A stretch of DNA of 63,970 bases, the filler included, from Stramenopiles sp. TOSAG23-2 (Eukaryota), in NCBI GenBank assembly GCA_900128395.1. It is 4 parts of 4 records of this genome, joined end to end, with 100 filler letters (N's around TTAATTAATTAA, not from the genome) between each part and the next. Parts side by side here need not be neighbours in the genome. Positions count along the whole stretch, not along the records: positions 1 to 16,069 come from LT649687.1; 3 more parts are not named here. One strand, written 5' to 3'. The first letter of the stretch is position 1. Each line of letters begins with the position of its first letter. Positions 1-11,500 of the stretch are shown one piece after another. A program made the translations under genes and the position numbers. Under the pieces are notes generated by a model. It was not told where the DNA came from. It did no database searches and saw nothing but the letters and a program-made list of their open reading frames with translations.

Positions 1-378
1 GAGTTTGTAGTATATAATTCTGGGAGGGGCGTTTTTCAGTGAAAAAATAAAATATGTCATAGCATACAAATAGGCTTGGGATGTTGACTTTTTTTTTGAA
101 ATTTTTTATTTTCAAGGGAGCCCTAACTCTTTAGCGGGTACACACCATTGGAGTAGGGCTCCTAGGGTTGGGGACACAGCATGGATATCGGACAAAAAAG
201 AAACTGAGAGAAGAAGAAGGTACGACGTGTGAAAGTATAAATTGATGGGGGATTTTTTATTGCAACAGTGTTTAATATATATATAAAAGTAGAACAAACA
301 TTGTGAAAATACACAATATTAAATTATATCAAATAATATTTATTTATATTATAAACGGTGTCCTATTATTGATATACC

Positions 379-1167
379 ATGTACATATATAACAAAATGC
401 AATATTTTTGGAAAAAACAAAATATTTTAGTGCAAAATATATTATTGTTGGTGTTAACATACTCCATTTTTCTCGTTCATTTTAGTCAAGCAATAGGAGC
501 AAACGGAGCTCCTTCATGGTATAAAAACTTTCCTCCATGGTGGATCAATGCAAAAAGTATGCCACCAGGGTATACTACCAATCTTGCAAGTGTAGGTGCA
601 TTACACCCACCGAATTCATATGACACAATACAAGGTAGTAGAGCAAAGGCATGGTTTTTAGGTATGCAAAACTATGCCAAAATGCATAGTATTGTCCCCC
701 CAGCAAACCGCCCTCCTCAAAGTGTCCAATCGCTTGAGAAAATGTTATCACCAGACCAATTAGGACAATCAAAAACGGATCTTTTTGCTGCAGTATCTGG
801 TTCAAGTTTAGTTCCAACGAATAGACCAGGTATTAATGGTGGAATTTTGTCTGCGCATCTAGCAAATTCTGGTTTGGCACATATGGATGGAGATGGTATA
901 TTAGCAAATCCACTTGCAGTAAAAGAGGCAACACAGTTACATCAACAAGTTAGTAATCATGCATATGTACCAGGTACAATAACGAAAGAACAAAAACAAG
1001 GTGGTCTAGCCATCACGGCCATTACGCATACAGTTGGCAGTGGGTACCATTCCTTTAAAAGTACCAATGCAAATTTAATGGCAGCAAATCCAAATAATAA
1101 TATAAAAAGTATGTCTTCTGCATTGCGTGGAAATAACAACATATTACAAAAGAAGAACGGAAGTTAA
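379..1167 (+). CDS. Hypothetical, probably secreted protein (262 aa; start may be the second Met at 397)
   Basis: Long ORF with a hydrophobic N-terminal segment (ILLLVLTYSIFLVHFSQAIG); no recognised domain. Confidence 0.65.
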   Translation: MYIYNKMQYFWKKQNILVQNILLLVLTYSIFLVHFSQAIGANGAPSWYKNFPPWWINAKSMPPGYTTNLASVGALHPPNSYDTIQGSRAKAWFLGMQNYAKMHSIVPPANRPPQSVQSLEKMLSPDQLGQSKTDLFAAVSGSSLVPTNRPGINGGILSAHLANSGLAHMDGDGILANPLAVKEATQLHQQVSNHAYVPGTITKEQKQGGLAITAITHTVGSGYHSFKSTNANLMAANPNNNIKSMSSALRGNNNILQKKNGS

Positions 1168-1525
1168 AATTATAAAAAAACAAATTTTTTTAAAGCTTTT
1201 GTATTGTAACAAGTATATTATAATATTTTGTCCTCTCATTCTTTCCTTCCTTTCTTTCTTCTTCTTCTTCTTCTTTCTTCCTTGTTTCTCTTGCATTTTC
1301 CAGCATTCCAGGCATTATTATCTGAGGAGCTCTTCAAAAAAAAATAAAAATTGAAAAATGTATTTGAGAAAAGTTTTAGAAAAGAAGAAGAATTTCATCA
1401 ATCATCCAAATTATTTGAACGAAAAATTAGAAATATAGAAGGATTTGATCCATTTACTAACGATTGGAAAAACATAATTGAAAACACTCCTGTACTGGAT
1501 AAAATTTGATTGTTTATAGATAATT

Positions 1526-3064
1526 ATGGACGAACAACAACATTTATTATTGAATTCAACTGCTGGTACTAACAATACAAAAAAAACTGTGAAAGAAATT
1601 TTCTGTAAAAATATTTGGACACCCTTCCTATTGTTTACATTTGGGTGTTTTACTGTATTTTGTGCATACAATGGCTCGCAAAATATTGCATCATCGATGG
1701 GTGGTTTAAAGGAAAATGGTTTAGATGGCAATTATGCATTAGGAATTTTATATGCTTGTTTTGCATTAACATGCTTTGTCGCCCCTATTTTAGTTAGAAA
1801 TATTGGTGCAAAAAGTTGCGTTATTATTCAATTTTGCTTTCTTGCTAGTTATGCATCGTCGTACCTTTATCCACGATGGTATACCTTGTATGTTTCTGCC
1901 GCATTAGTAGGTATTGGAGCTGGGCCAATGTGGGTTTCGCAAGGAATGTACATGAGTGCATTGAGTTCAAAATATGGTAGGTTGATTATAAAACATGGAA
2001 ATTTACATAATTTGCAAGAAGATTATAACGGGCTGTTTCAAGGATATTTCTTCGGTAAGTAACTTTCATATTCCCCAAAACCTAATAAAAAGGACATACT
2101 CTCTAACACATCGCTCGTTCATACGCTACGCTCGACAGGTATATTTCAATTGACTCAAATATTTGGTAATTTAATTTCAGGTTATATCGAACATGTAGCA
2201 AACGATAAATTATTATTCCTTATTTATCTAGGGATGATATTAATAGGCGTGATTTTAGTATGTTGCGTTCCAACATTAAATACATTTCGAGATAAAGGCA
2301 GTAAATCGATTGTTAAAAATGTGATTAATAATATTGAACGAATTAAAGCACACCATCAAATGGAGAATGATGAAGATGATTATTCTAATAATAACAATAT
2401 GACTGGTGGTACATTTGATGTTGAGAAATCATTAAATACTGGAAACCACGACGACGATGATGATGAAAGTCAAGAAGGTGATAATTTATTGACTACGATA
2501 AATATATTGAGAAACAAAAAAGTTTTATATATTTTACCTGCTTTTTTCGCAATCGGTATGGAACAGTCAATTATGTTTGGCGATGTTACAGCATATATCT
2601 CGCGTGCATGGGGTAGAAGTAATATTGGATATGTCATGGCAATATTCGGTTTTGGTGATGCTTTAGCTGCATCAATTGTTGGAAATTTATCTGACAAATA
2701 TGGAAAAAAAATATTTTTAATTTTAGCAACTATTATTCAACTGACTTGTTGTGGATTATTCTTTTATCTTGGAAAAGCAACTCATGAATATCCATCATTT
2801 ATAATTTTATCTAGTATAGCATTTGGTTGGGGTGTAGCAGATGGTATTTGGAATTCAGTTGGATCAGCTGTATGTGCAGATACATTCCAAGATGCAAAAC
2901 AACGAAGAGGGTTATTTAGTGCATATAGATTATTACAAAGTCTTGGAATGATGTGTTTCTTTATTACAGCGGATTATGCTACATTTATGCCAAAAATTTA
3001 TGCATTTGGTGGAGTATTGATTGTTTCCTTGCTTGGTATTATTAAATTTAATACAAACAAATAA
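1526..3064 (+). CDS. UNC-93-like MFS membrane protein; exons 1526-2054 and 2139-3064
   Basis: Motifs FCAYNGSQNIASS, ALVGIGAGPMWVSQGMY and GLFQGYFF. The 84-nt GTAAGT...CTAAC...CAG intron joins in frame as GYFF-GIFQLTQIFGN. Confidence 0.88.
2055..2138 (+). other. Canonical spliceosomal intron (84 nt)
   Basis: GTAAGT donor, CTAAC branch point at 2103-2107, CAG acceptor; removal joins two ORFs in frame. Confidence 0.88.
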
Positions 3065-3269
3065 ATTGTATTCATATATAAAATAAAAAGGGTGCGCGTG
3101 TGTTCCAATAATTTCGTACGAGAGGGTAAATGAAAGAATAATGTGATACACGTATATGTGTGCGTGTGTGCATATTATATTTTTATATATGTGTTGTGTG
3201 TGTAATAAAAACTTTTTATATTTATAATATAGAAATAATAATATTCTCTATTATTATGGGTATATATAT

Positions 3270-3382
3270 CAACACATTAGTGTGAGATAGATTATTTCAA
3301 TATTATTGTATTCTTTTGAAGAGTAGGAATTATTATGAGAGTAAATTAAAAAATATAAATTTTAAGATGCGTAAACTTAAAT
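3270..3382 (+). repeat. Dispersed repeat family A, copy 1
   Basis: CAACACATTAGTGTGAGATAGATTATTTCA...TTGTATTCTTTTGAAGAGTAGGAATTA is shared with 25247-25348 and 31037-31140. Confidence 0.9.
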
Positions 3383-3443
3383 ATATAGAAATATAACATT
3401 TACACACATGGTACGCACACCATATTACGAATATCAAATATGT

Positions 3444-4250
3444 TCACTTTAATTTCTTTCTAATATTATCAATCAAAGCATCATTTGTAGTCCCATCACC
3501 ATATCGCATTAAACGTCTGCGATATCGTTCAGTATCATCAGCAACTTCTTTAACTGCTTTAATATATTCAATTTCAAATCGAAATGGACCTGGCTGATCT
3601 TCTTGACAACTAATTCCCAATGTCATAATTGTTCTTGGATCTGGTGGGCGTTGAAATAATTTATATTTACCTTTACCTAATAATACAAAATTATTGAAAT
3701 CTATTTCCATGACATTCCATTCACCAGCATTTAATTTTTGACCCATAATTAGACCTAAATGTACGTCATCATGAATCCATGTATCCGTAGTCATTGTTAA
3801 ATGATATTTTCGATAATCAGTTCGTACTTTTAATTGCAAGCCTTTAAATGGTTCTAAATTTAACTTTTCTTTTGGCTTTGGAGTTCGCATTGCAACATAT
3901 CCAGTACGGACTGCTTTTCCAGTATGTTCCACCGATATATCGCCAGAAAATACACTATAGCTTGATCCATCTTCATGAGATTCATATTCTAATTTACAAG
4001 TTGATTCACCACCAACATCTTGATCACTTCCAATAATCATAGAGGCAGCAACATCTGGATCTGAAAAATCTATAAGCATACGTTCATGTTCTGCGAACTC
4101 TTCAAAAGTATCGCCATTTTCATCTCTAGTTATGAAAGATATATTACGACGTAATTGTTGGACAATATTATTACTATTCTTTTTATTATACATATTCTTC
4201 CATTTATTAAATGACGATTGATTTATTATTTTTTTACATATATAATTCAT
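3444..4250 (-). CDS. NDUFAF1: Complex I intermediate-associated protein 30 (CIA30/NDUFAF1-like)
   Basis: Motifs SDQDVGGESTC, VRTGYVAMRT and GPFRFEIEYIKA; basic N-terminal presequence. Confidence 0.85.
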   Translation of the reverse strand: MNYICKKIINQSSFNKWKNMYNKKNSNNIVQQLRRNISFITRDENGDTFEEFAEHERMLIDFSDPDVAASMIIGSDQDVGGESTCKLEYESHEDGSSYSVFSGDISVEHTGKAVRTGYVAMRTPKPKEKLNLEPFKGLQLKVRTDYRKYHLTMTTDTWIHDDVHLGLIMGQKLNAGEWNVMEIDFNNFVLLGKGKYKLFQRPPDPRTIMTLGISCQEDQPGPFRFEIEYIKAVKEVADDTERYRRRLMRYGDGTTNDALIDNIRKKLK

Positions 4251-4659
4251 AGTGATTCTGTTTTGTTTTTGTTTTTTTTGAAGTTATATTGCGTTGAATG
4301 TGAATGTATATATATCTGTATATATATATATATATATATATGTATATGAAAATATTAATGATGATTAGAAAAAAAACAAAAATAAAATAGAGTAAAAGAT
4401 GATCACTATACTTTCAATCTATATACCTGGCAAGGTTATACAGTATCTATATTCATTTTTTACATCTTATTTGTAATAGTTCATCGAATTATTAGTAGAA
4501 CAAAAAACACGTGTGTCCATCCATATATCATCTCAATGCACACATAGAAAAAAGAATGAAACCTATAGAATAGAAAAAAAGATGAATCAATCAATTTATT
4601 TTTAATTGAAAAAAGAAATATTAATATTTGGAGAATAATATAGAAATATAATAACAACA

Positions 4660-6093
4660 ATGCCGATAAGATCGCGTGCAGCATCTACGAAAAAGAATTC
4701 TACTTCTTCTTCTGTGAAAAAAACAACAACATCATCAACAAAAACAAATAAAAGAAATGCAACAACATCAACAAAAGAAGAAGCAATAAATTCAAATCAA
4801 CTTTTTATATTTTTATTAACATATGTCGCCTATATTATGGTATATTTTACACGGAAACCCTTCAGTGTATCGAAAGCGACATTGAAAGACCATCAAGTAC
4901 ACACGGAATCGGAATTGGGTGGCATTGATACAGCATTTTTATTTGTATATGCATTATCACAATTCACCGCTGGTACTATTGAACGTATTTTAGGTGCAAA
5001 AGTAGGATTGACCTTCTGTTTTCTTGGAACGGCTATTTGTTGTTTTACTTTCGGTTCAAGTGATTCAAAACAATTGCGTTCGATTGGATGGACTATTAAT
5101 GGTATGTTTCAAGCATTATTTTTTCCATTTATTATGAGCGTATTAAGTGCATGGTTTCCACCAAGTAGTCGTGGACGTGCATTTGGTTTATGGACAACAT
5201 GTCAACAAGTTGGAGGATTTTTAACAAGTGCTTTTGGTTCATATGTATTAGGATCTGATAATTTAACATGGAATGTATTATTTACATGGAGTGCATATGG
5301 TGCCATAACATTAGCAATGGTGATTTTTTTCCTGTTAAAAGAAAAACCAGATAAATCACAAAAACCAACTCGATTGATTAATAAATATGCAAACAGATTT
5401 GATGAGAAGAAAAACAAAAATTCTTCAACAAAATCATCATCTACAACACAGAAGAATTTGTCGTTTTGTGATGTATTATTTTTGAAGAATGTATTAAATG
5501 TTGGTGGAGCATACTTTTGCATTAAATTGGTACGATATATATTTTTAGGTTGGTTGCCATTTTATTTAGTTGAAGTATTGGAATATAAAGCTTCAGAAGC
5601 TGTATTATTAGCATCAATATTTGATGTTGCTGGCGCTGTTGGTAGTATAACATGTGGTTTTGTTTCCGATAAAATATTTGGTGGAAGAAGTATTATTGTA
5701 TTGGTACCAATGTGTTTTTTAACGGGTTATTTCGCTGCGATTTATCCACATATAGCATCATATGGGAGATATTATAACATGGCGATTATGGCTAGTGTTG
5801 GTTTATGTGTTGCTGGTCCAGATTCCGTCCTTGGTGGTGCAGCATGTTCAGAAGTTTGTGATAAAGCAAAACGGCCAGATGCAATAACAACAGCTACTGG
5901 AATTGCAAATGGTATGGGATCAGTTGGTGCTATTGCAAGTGGTATGTTACCAATTTTGATTAAAGAATTATATGGTTGGGATGCATTATTTTATTGTTTA
6001 GGTGGATTATCAGTAACAGGTATGTTATGCATCTTTCCAATGGCATTGACTGGATTTGATGAATGGCAACATAGTATGAAAAAAAAGAATTGA
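4660..6093 (+). CDS. MFS sugar-phosphate/glycerol-3-phosphate transporter (SLC37/GlpT family)
   Basis: YFTRKPFSVSK, WFPPSSRGRAFGLWTTCQQVGG, CIKLVRYIFLGWLP and TATGIANGMGSVG; about 12 hydrophobic segments. Confidence 0.9.
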   Translation: MPIRSRAASTKKNSTSSSVKKTTTSSTKTNKRNATTSTKEEAINSNQLFIFLLTYVAYIMVYFTRKPFSVSKATLKDHQVHTESELGGIDTAFLFVYALSQFTAGTIERILGAKVGLTFCFLGTAICCFTFGSSDSKQLRSIGWTINGMFQALFFPFIMSVLSAWFPPSSRGRAFGLWTTCQQVGGFLTSAFGSYVLGSDNLTWNVLFTWSAYGAITLAMVIFFLLKEKPDKSQKPTRLINKYANRFDEKKNKNSSTKSSSTTQKNLSFCDVLFLKNVLNVGGAYFCIKLVRYIFLGWLPFYLVEVLEYKASEAVLLASIFDVAGAVGSITCGFVSDKIFGGRSIIVLVPMCFLTGYFAAIYPHIASYGRYYNMAIMASVGLCVAGPDSVLGGAACSEVCDKAKRPDAITTATGIANGMGSVGAIASGMLPILIKELYGWDALFYCLGGLSVTGMLCIFPMALTGFDEWQHSMKKKN

Positions 6094-6353
6094 ACACAGA
6101 AAGAGAGAGAGTATAGAGAAATTGGGTTATTGAAAATTATTGTATGTATGATGTATGTGATATTATTTCTTTCAAATAATGATCATAATACATCATACCG
6201 AAAGTGATTTGCATGCATGAGTAGACACGTATTTGGTAAGAGTGTCAAGATGTGTAATGAGGTATAATATCACAAATACAAATCTCGTAAATTTATATTT
6301 TAAAATATAATTTATGTACACACACATATACTCTCGTGTATTAAAAAAAGATT

Positions 6354-7073
6354 TTAAATCTTATTGCATTTAAATAAACGTTGACATACTCGATTTGGTA
6401 AATACCCATTCCAATAACCATCTTTCGTATCCCATAATTCCCACATTGTATCTACTAAATCATCTCCAATTGTTCCTACTAAACTTTTACATGCATCTTT
6501 ATAATCACGAACACATTTGGTACCAGGATAAGTCCATTTTTTAAAATGTTGTGAATAACATCCATCTTGCATTGCAAATTGCAAGGATTGATACGATGTT
6601 TTATCTGGTGCTTGAGACATGGTTAAATGGACTAAATCTACACATATAGTGCAATTTTCACGTCTGGAAAATAATTCTGGTATTTTTGTAGATGTCCCTT
6701 CAACTATTACTGGTCCATAACACTCGTTATTATATATAAATTCTTTTTTATTACTATTTAAACCAGAACACGATGCAAATACTTTTGTATTTCCACAATT
6801 GGAACAAGGTGGTACAGTCACTTCAATTTTATCCCATGCATCTGTAACAGCAGGTTTGAGACCTTTTTGACCACCAAATATTATGTCACAATCTATGTCC
6901 AAAAATCCCAAGTTACGCCCAGTAATTGTTGCTATATAACCACCTTCATCCGGTCCTTTATCAGGTTTAACATCAGCAATAAAAGGTACAGCTCTTGATT
7001 GACAAAATATATTATTATTTACAAATACAATTACAATGAAAACGTATAAGCATGCTAACATGATCGGGTGCAT
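6354..7073 (-). CDS. Secreted IPT/TIG-domain protein with a C-terminal saposin-like domain
   Basis: Signal peptide; PFIADVKPDKGPDEGGYIATITGRNLG (IPT/TIG); CTICVDLV...C...C...VCQRLFKC (saposin-type Cys spacing). Confidence 0.7.
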   Translation of the reverse strand: MHPIMLACLYVFIVIVFVNNNIFCQSRAVPFIADVKPDKGPDEGGYIATITGRNLGFLDIDCDIIFGGQKGLKPAVTDAWDKIEVTVPPCSNCGNTKVFASCSGLNSNKKEFIYNNECYGPVIVEGTSTKIPELFSRRENCTICVDLVHLTMSQAPDKTSYQSLQFAMQDGCYSQHFKKWTYPGTKCVRDYKDACKSLVGTIGDDLVDTMWELWDTKDGYWNGYLPNRVCQRLFKCNKI

Positions 7074-7706
7074 TATTCTATTTAAATACCGATCTTTCCT
7101 GCGATATTTAATGTTATTATCTATTGTTCTTGTTGTTGTTATGATGAATTGTTCTGTCTTTGTCTATTTATATCACGACACATTCATAAATTAGTCTCTG
7201 TAAAAATGTTATTTATTTGTTGTAGAAGAAGAAAAAAAGAGTTTTTCCGCTCTTTTTTTTTGTTGATGAAAATTATTATAAAACTATACACTATTGGAAT
7301 TTGGAATAATAAACTTCGCTTTTTCTGTTTTGATAGGATGTTAAAATGTGTATTTCAGATTTATTACTTGAAAGCGGGCAAAGTGCCAAGGCTTGTGCAC
7401 TTCTAAAAAACAAAAAAAATAATATCAATAATATCATAATATCTAATATCACACCATTAACTACCACAGGTGATAGGGAAGCAGTCGTAATTAGTATATC
7501 CCCCATCAAACGACAAAAGAAGTAGTTGAAAAAAACAACACAACAACTACTGGACAACAAAATATACGTCGATAATTTAAATTGTTAATAATGAAAATAA
7601 ATTTACAAACAAACAAGTATAATTATATACACAATCATTTCCACACATCGTATCACATCATATATATCACATCCCACAGTATTGCCTAACTGCGTAGCTA
7701 CCCATC

Positions 7707-8285
7707 ATGTCGTTCTATGATAGTTTGAAAAATTTAGTATTGGGAAGTAAAAAAAAGAAAGTTACACCACCACCAAAACCAAAACCATTGCAAGTGAAAT
7801 TATATGAAAATTATGTTGCGTCATTAAATGAAATAAAAGTAGGAGATATTGATTTAGTAGATAAAAAGAAACAAAAAATTGTATATTATAAATTAGGGAA
7901 AACTTGGATAGAAGCAGATGTATTTATAAATATATTTAGTTTTTTAAATGCAAATAGTCTATTGCGAAGTACTGAAGTATCAAGGCATTTTTTTTTGGCT
8001 GCCAATACCAATTATTTATGGGATGCGTTAGACGGGTTGTATAGTTATAAAACAAAACAATCGAAAATTTCATTTTCACAAGGTAGGCTAGATTATCGTA
8101 CTCGGCACAAATCCATTGTCTTAAGTGCAGAAGAAAAAGAAAAGTTTAGACGAAAATTGAGTAGATGGGAACAAGATGAGAATTTTGAAAGAGAATCTCA
8201 TGTATTAGACTCTGATGTGGAAAATGTACAATATGCAAAAGATTTAGTTTATGGCAAATTAATAAGAAAATTTCGTAAAAAATGA
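7707..8285 (+). CDS. F-box-like protein
   Basis: DVFINIFSFLNANSLLRSTEVSRHFFLAANTNYLW matches the F-box pattern. Confidence 0.7.
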   Translation: MSFYDSLKNLVLGSKKKKVTPPPKPKPLQVKLYENYVASLNEIKVGDIDLVDKKKQKIVYYKLGKTWIEADVFINIFSFLNANSLLRSTEVSRHFFLAANTNYLWDALDGLYSYKTKQSKISFSQGRLDYRTRHKSIVLSAEEKEKFRRKLSRWEQDENFERESHVLDSDVENVQYAKDLVYGKLIRKFRKK

Positions 8286-8511
8286 TTGATATGATATTTT
8301 ATGATATGATATCTGGATATGACATAATTATTTTAAATATAATATGATATGTGCTTTTTGAATACTTCGTGTATCATATCCAAAATACATGTGTATATAA
8401 CACAAAAATCCGCTCTTAAATACTTTTCTCATATCATACATGTGTACGTTTGTAAATTTTTAAAGGGGGTACATCTCTCGTCATGCAATACCCCCACAAA
8501 ACTTTTTTCAA

Positions 8512-11500
8512 TCACTTCCCAGCAGCAGCTGATTCTCTTTTCTTCCGTTCATATTTAATTCTAACTTGCTTAAAAAAATCATGTTGCAATGCATCTTGTA
8601 TTGAAATTCTATCCCTAGGTCGCCAACATATCATTTTTAATAATAAATCTTTCACGACATTATTCTCTCCTGTACCACCATTTTCAAATTTTGATATACA
8701 TCGTTCTAATGGTGCTCGTGTCTCTGCAACTAATGATGTTGTATCTTTCACTCCTAATTCTTTTGCCTTATTCTCTGCAATTCGTTTTCGTATTTTCTCA
8801 TATGTACCATCTATCAAACCTAATAAAATATGCTTTCCACTTTTTGGTATTTGACATTCTATAAAAATGTCTTTCAACTCCTCGCGTTTAGGGATACCAA
8901 TTCGTTGACTAATACTTGTTAAAACTTCTCGTGAGTTATTGCCAGTAAACAATGGCGTAGTTGCTCTTTCAACTGGTGTTTGTAACAACCATGCCATTAC
9001 ACATCCAACACTCCAAATATCCGAACTAGGTACTGCACTGTAACCAAACATCTCTGGCGCTGCAAAAGAGGAACCATTTTCTGTCGCCTCCGTGCCATCC
9101 AACGCTTTCATCACACCAAAATGTTCCAAAAATGCTTTTGGGAATTTACGTGTTGAAGTAGCAGGTGATTCCAGCAAAAAAATAGAGCTTGGTCGTATTT
9201 CCCTATGTATCAAATCTTTACTATGTATATATTTTAAACCTTCCAATATACGGTATAATATATCAGCAATCATTGGCACTGGCATCGATTCATTATTTTG
9301 ATTTAATTTGACATATGATGCTAATGAAGTATCAACCCAACGTTTCATTACACACGTATATTCAGTTGTTGCGTATAAATCTACTAAAGGTATTAAGCCT
9401 GGATGTCTTAAATCTGTTCGTAATGGTAACTGTGGTGGAAATTGTTTTACAATAACACGTTGTTTTTTTAATATATCCAATGCTTCAAAAACGTTTCTCC
9501 TAGTTTTGTAGTTATTATTATTGTTTGTCGTTATTCCACCTTTCTTTTTGTCTTTCGTCGAATTGGAATCCTCCCCGTTATCACTTTCGTCAATTGTAAC
9601 ACGGCGATTAAATATAATAAATCGATCTTTAATTTTTGAACCAGGACCAAGGTTATTATTATTGTCAACACTAGTATTAGACGTAGGAGTATTTGATATA
9701 TAATAATTATTATTGCCACCTTTTGGTGATCCAGGCGGTATTTTTGATTGATCATCTCCAACTGGTAATCCTGCTCCTTCTCTTTTCGCTATGGTTCGTA
9801 ATGTTTTTTGAGCTAAATGTGCAGCTTCAGCTTTACAATATGCTCTTGCTTCAACAAATGATGATGATAATTTTTGAGATGCTTGTGCCATTAAACGTCT
9901 AGCCTCTGGCAATGCTGTTGATAAAGCTTCTTCTTCCTCATCCAAACGTTGTAATAATTGTTTTTTCTCCATTGCATGTCTTTTTTCTAATTCTTGTATC
10001 ATACTTTCACGTCTACTAGTCCATCTTTCATTTCGTATTTTTCCATCTACTAATGATATATGTGAATTATATAAATTAGATTCCTTTGCTTTCAATTCAT
10101 AATCTACATCATTTGTCTTGTTATAAAACCATTGTTTCATTCGATCATTTGCATTTTTAATAACTTCTTTTGTACGTTGAAACTTCGATAATTTTAATGC
10201 AACAGAATATAACTGTGAAATAGCAATCCATTCTTCATCTGTGCGATTGTATGTTGGTTCACTGGTGATATTATTATTATTATTATTATCATTATTATTG
10301 TTATTGTTGCTATTATCATCATCATTTGTATTATTATTTGACTCGTATTTTTCAACTAATTTATTTAAAATATTATCAACTGTATCGTCTGTGAATGAAT
10401 TAGAACGTCTTCTACGTTGTTTTCGAATTATTGAGTTTCTTTCATCATTACTAATATTATTATGTACCTCAATTTTCAAATTTTTAACATTTCTAATAGT
10501 ATTAGTCTTATTATTACTATTATTATCAGGTGATTGTGCCAATGAAGTTGTCGATGATAAACGTCGTACCCTGGTTGTTATATTTGTATTATTTGTATCA
10601 CGTTTATTAGATTCTAATTCATCTGACATTTTATCGGATAATAATACATATCCATTACTTGTTCCCATAGATAAAACATCTAAATTATGATTATAATCTA
10701 ATGCAATTATAGAACCGAATGAATTTTGAACTATTTTTTTCAATGTTACTAAACCAGCACGACTAACTTGCCATGCAAATATTTCCCCATTCGTCGTACC
10801 ACCAAAAACAATATCACCACCATGATCTGTACTAGGTAATAATACGCTAACATGAATATCATAATCAAACAAAGGTGCTTTGTTTTCTAAATTTCCATTC
10901 CAGCCTTTTAACCTCCCATCTTTTGATGCGCTAATTAAGATTGAACCAGTGAAATTTCTTCCTCCACCTTTCTTTCGACTTTTATGTATTGTTGTCGTAG
11001 TAGTAGTGTTGTTGTTTTTTCCATCATTATTATTTGTTTTGTTATTATCATTATTAATTGATGTTGAATCCAAATGCATTATAGTATCCAATACATGACG
11101 ATCTAAAATTGGTAAAATTGACGGATCAACTCTAGATACGACCATTTGTGAAATTTCACTACGATGTGCTGTTTCATTTGATACGAGATGCGCACCACTA
11201 TTAGTATTAAATGATTTGATTGAACCATTTGCATATCCAATATATACACGCCCAATTTCACCATCATATGTTAATGAGGAAACTTTACTAGCTGGTATTC
11301 TTGGTGCAGACATTCTACGTTTCGACATTTTTGGAGAGCCAGGTGGAGATCCACCAAGTGGTCGAGGTAATTCAACTACAAATGAACGCCCATGGCCGTA
11401 TAGCAATGTTCCGGCATCATTAGTTTGCTTGGCGCTATCATTGGATGAGGACGAGGAAGCATTCGACGAGGTGGTGGAGCCTAAATCCCATAATTTTACA

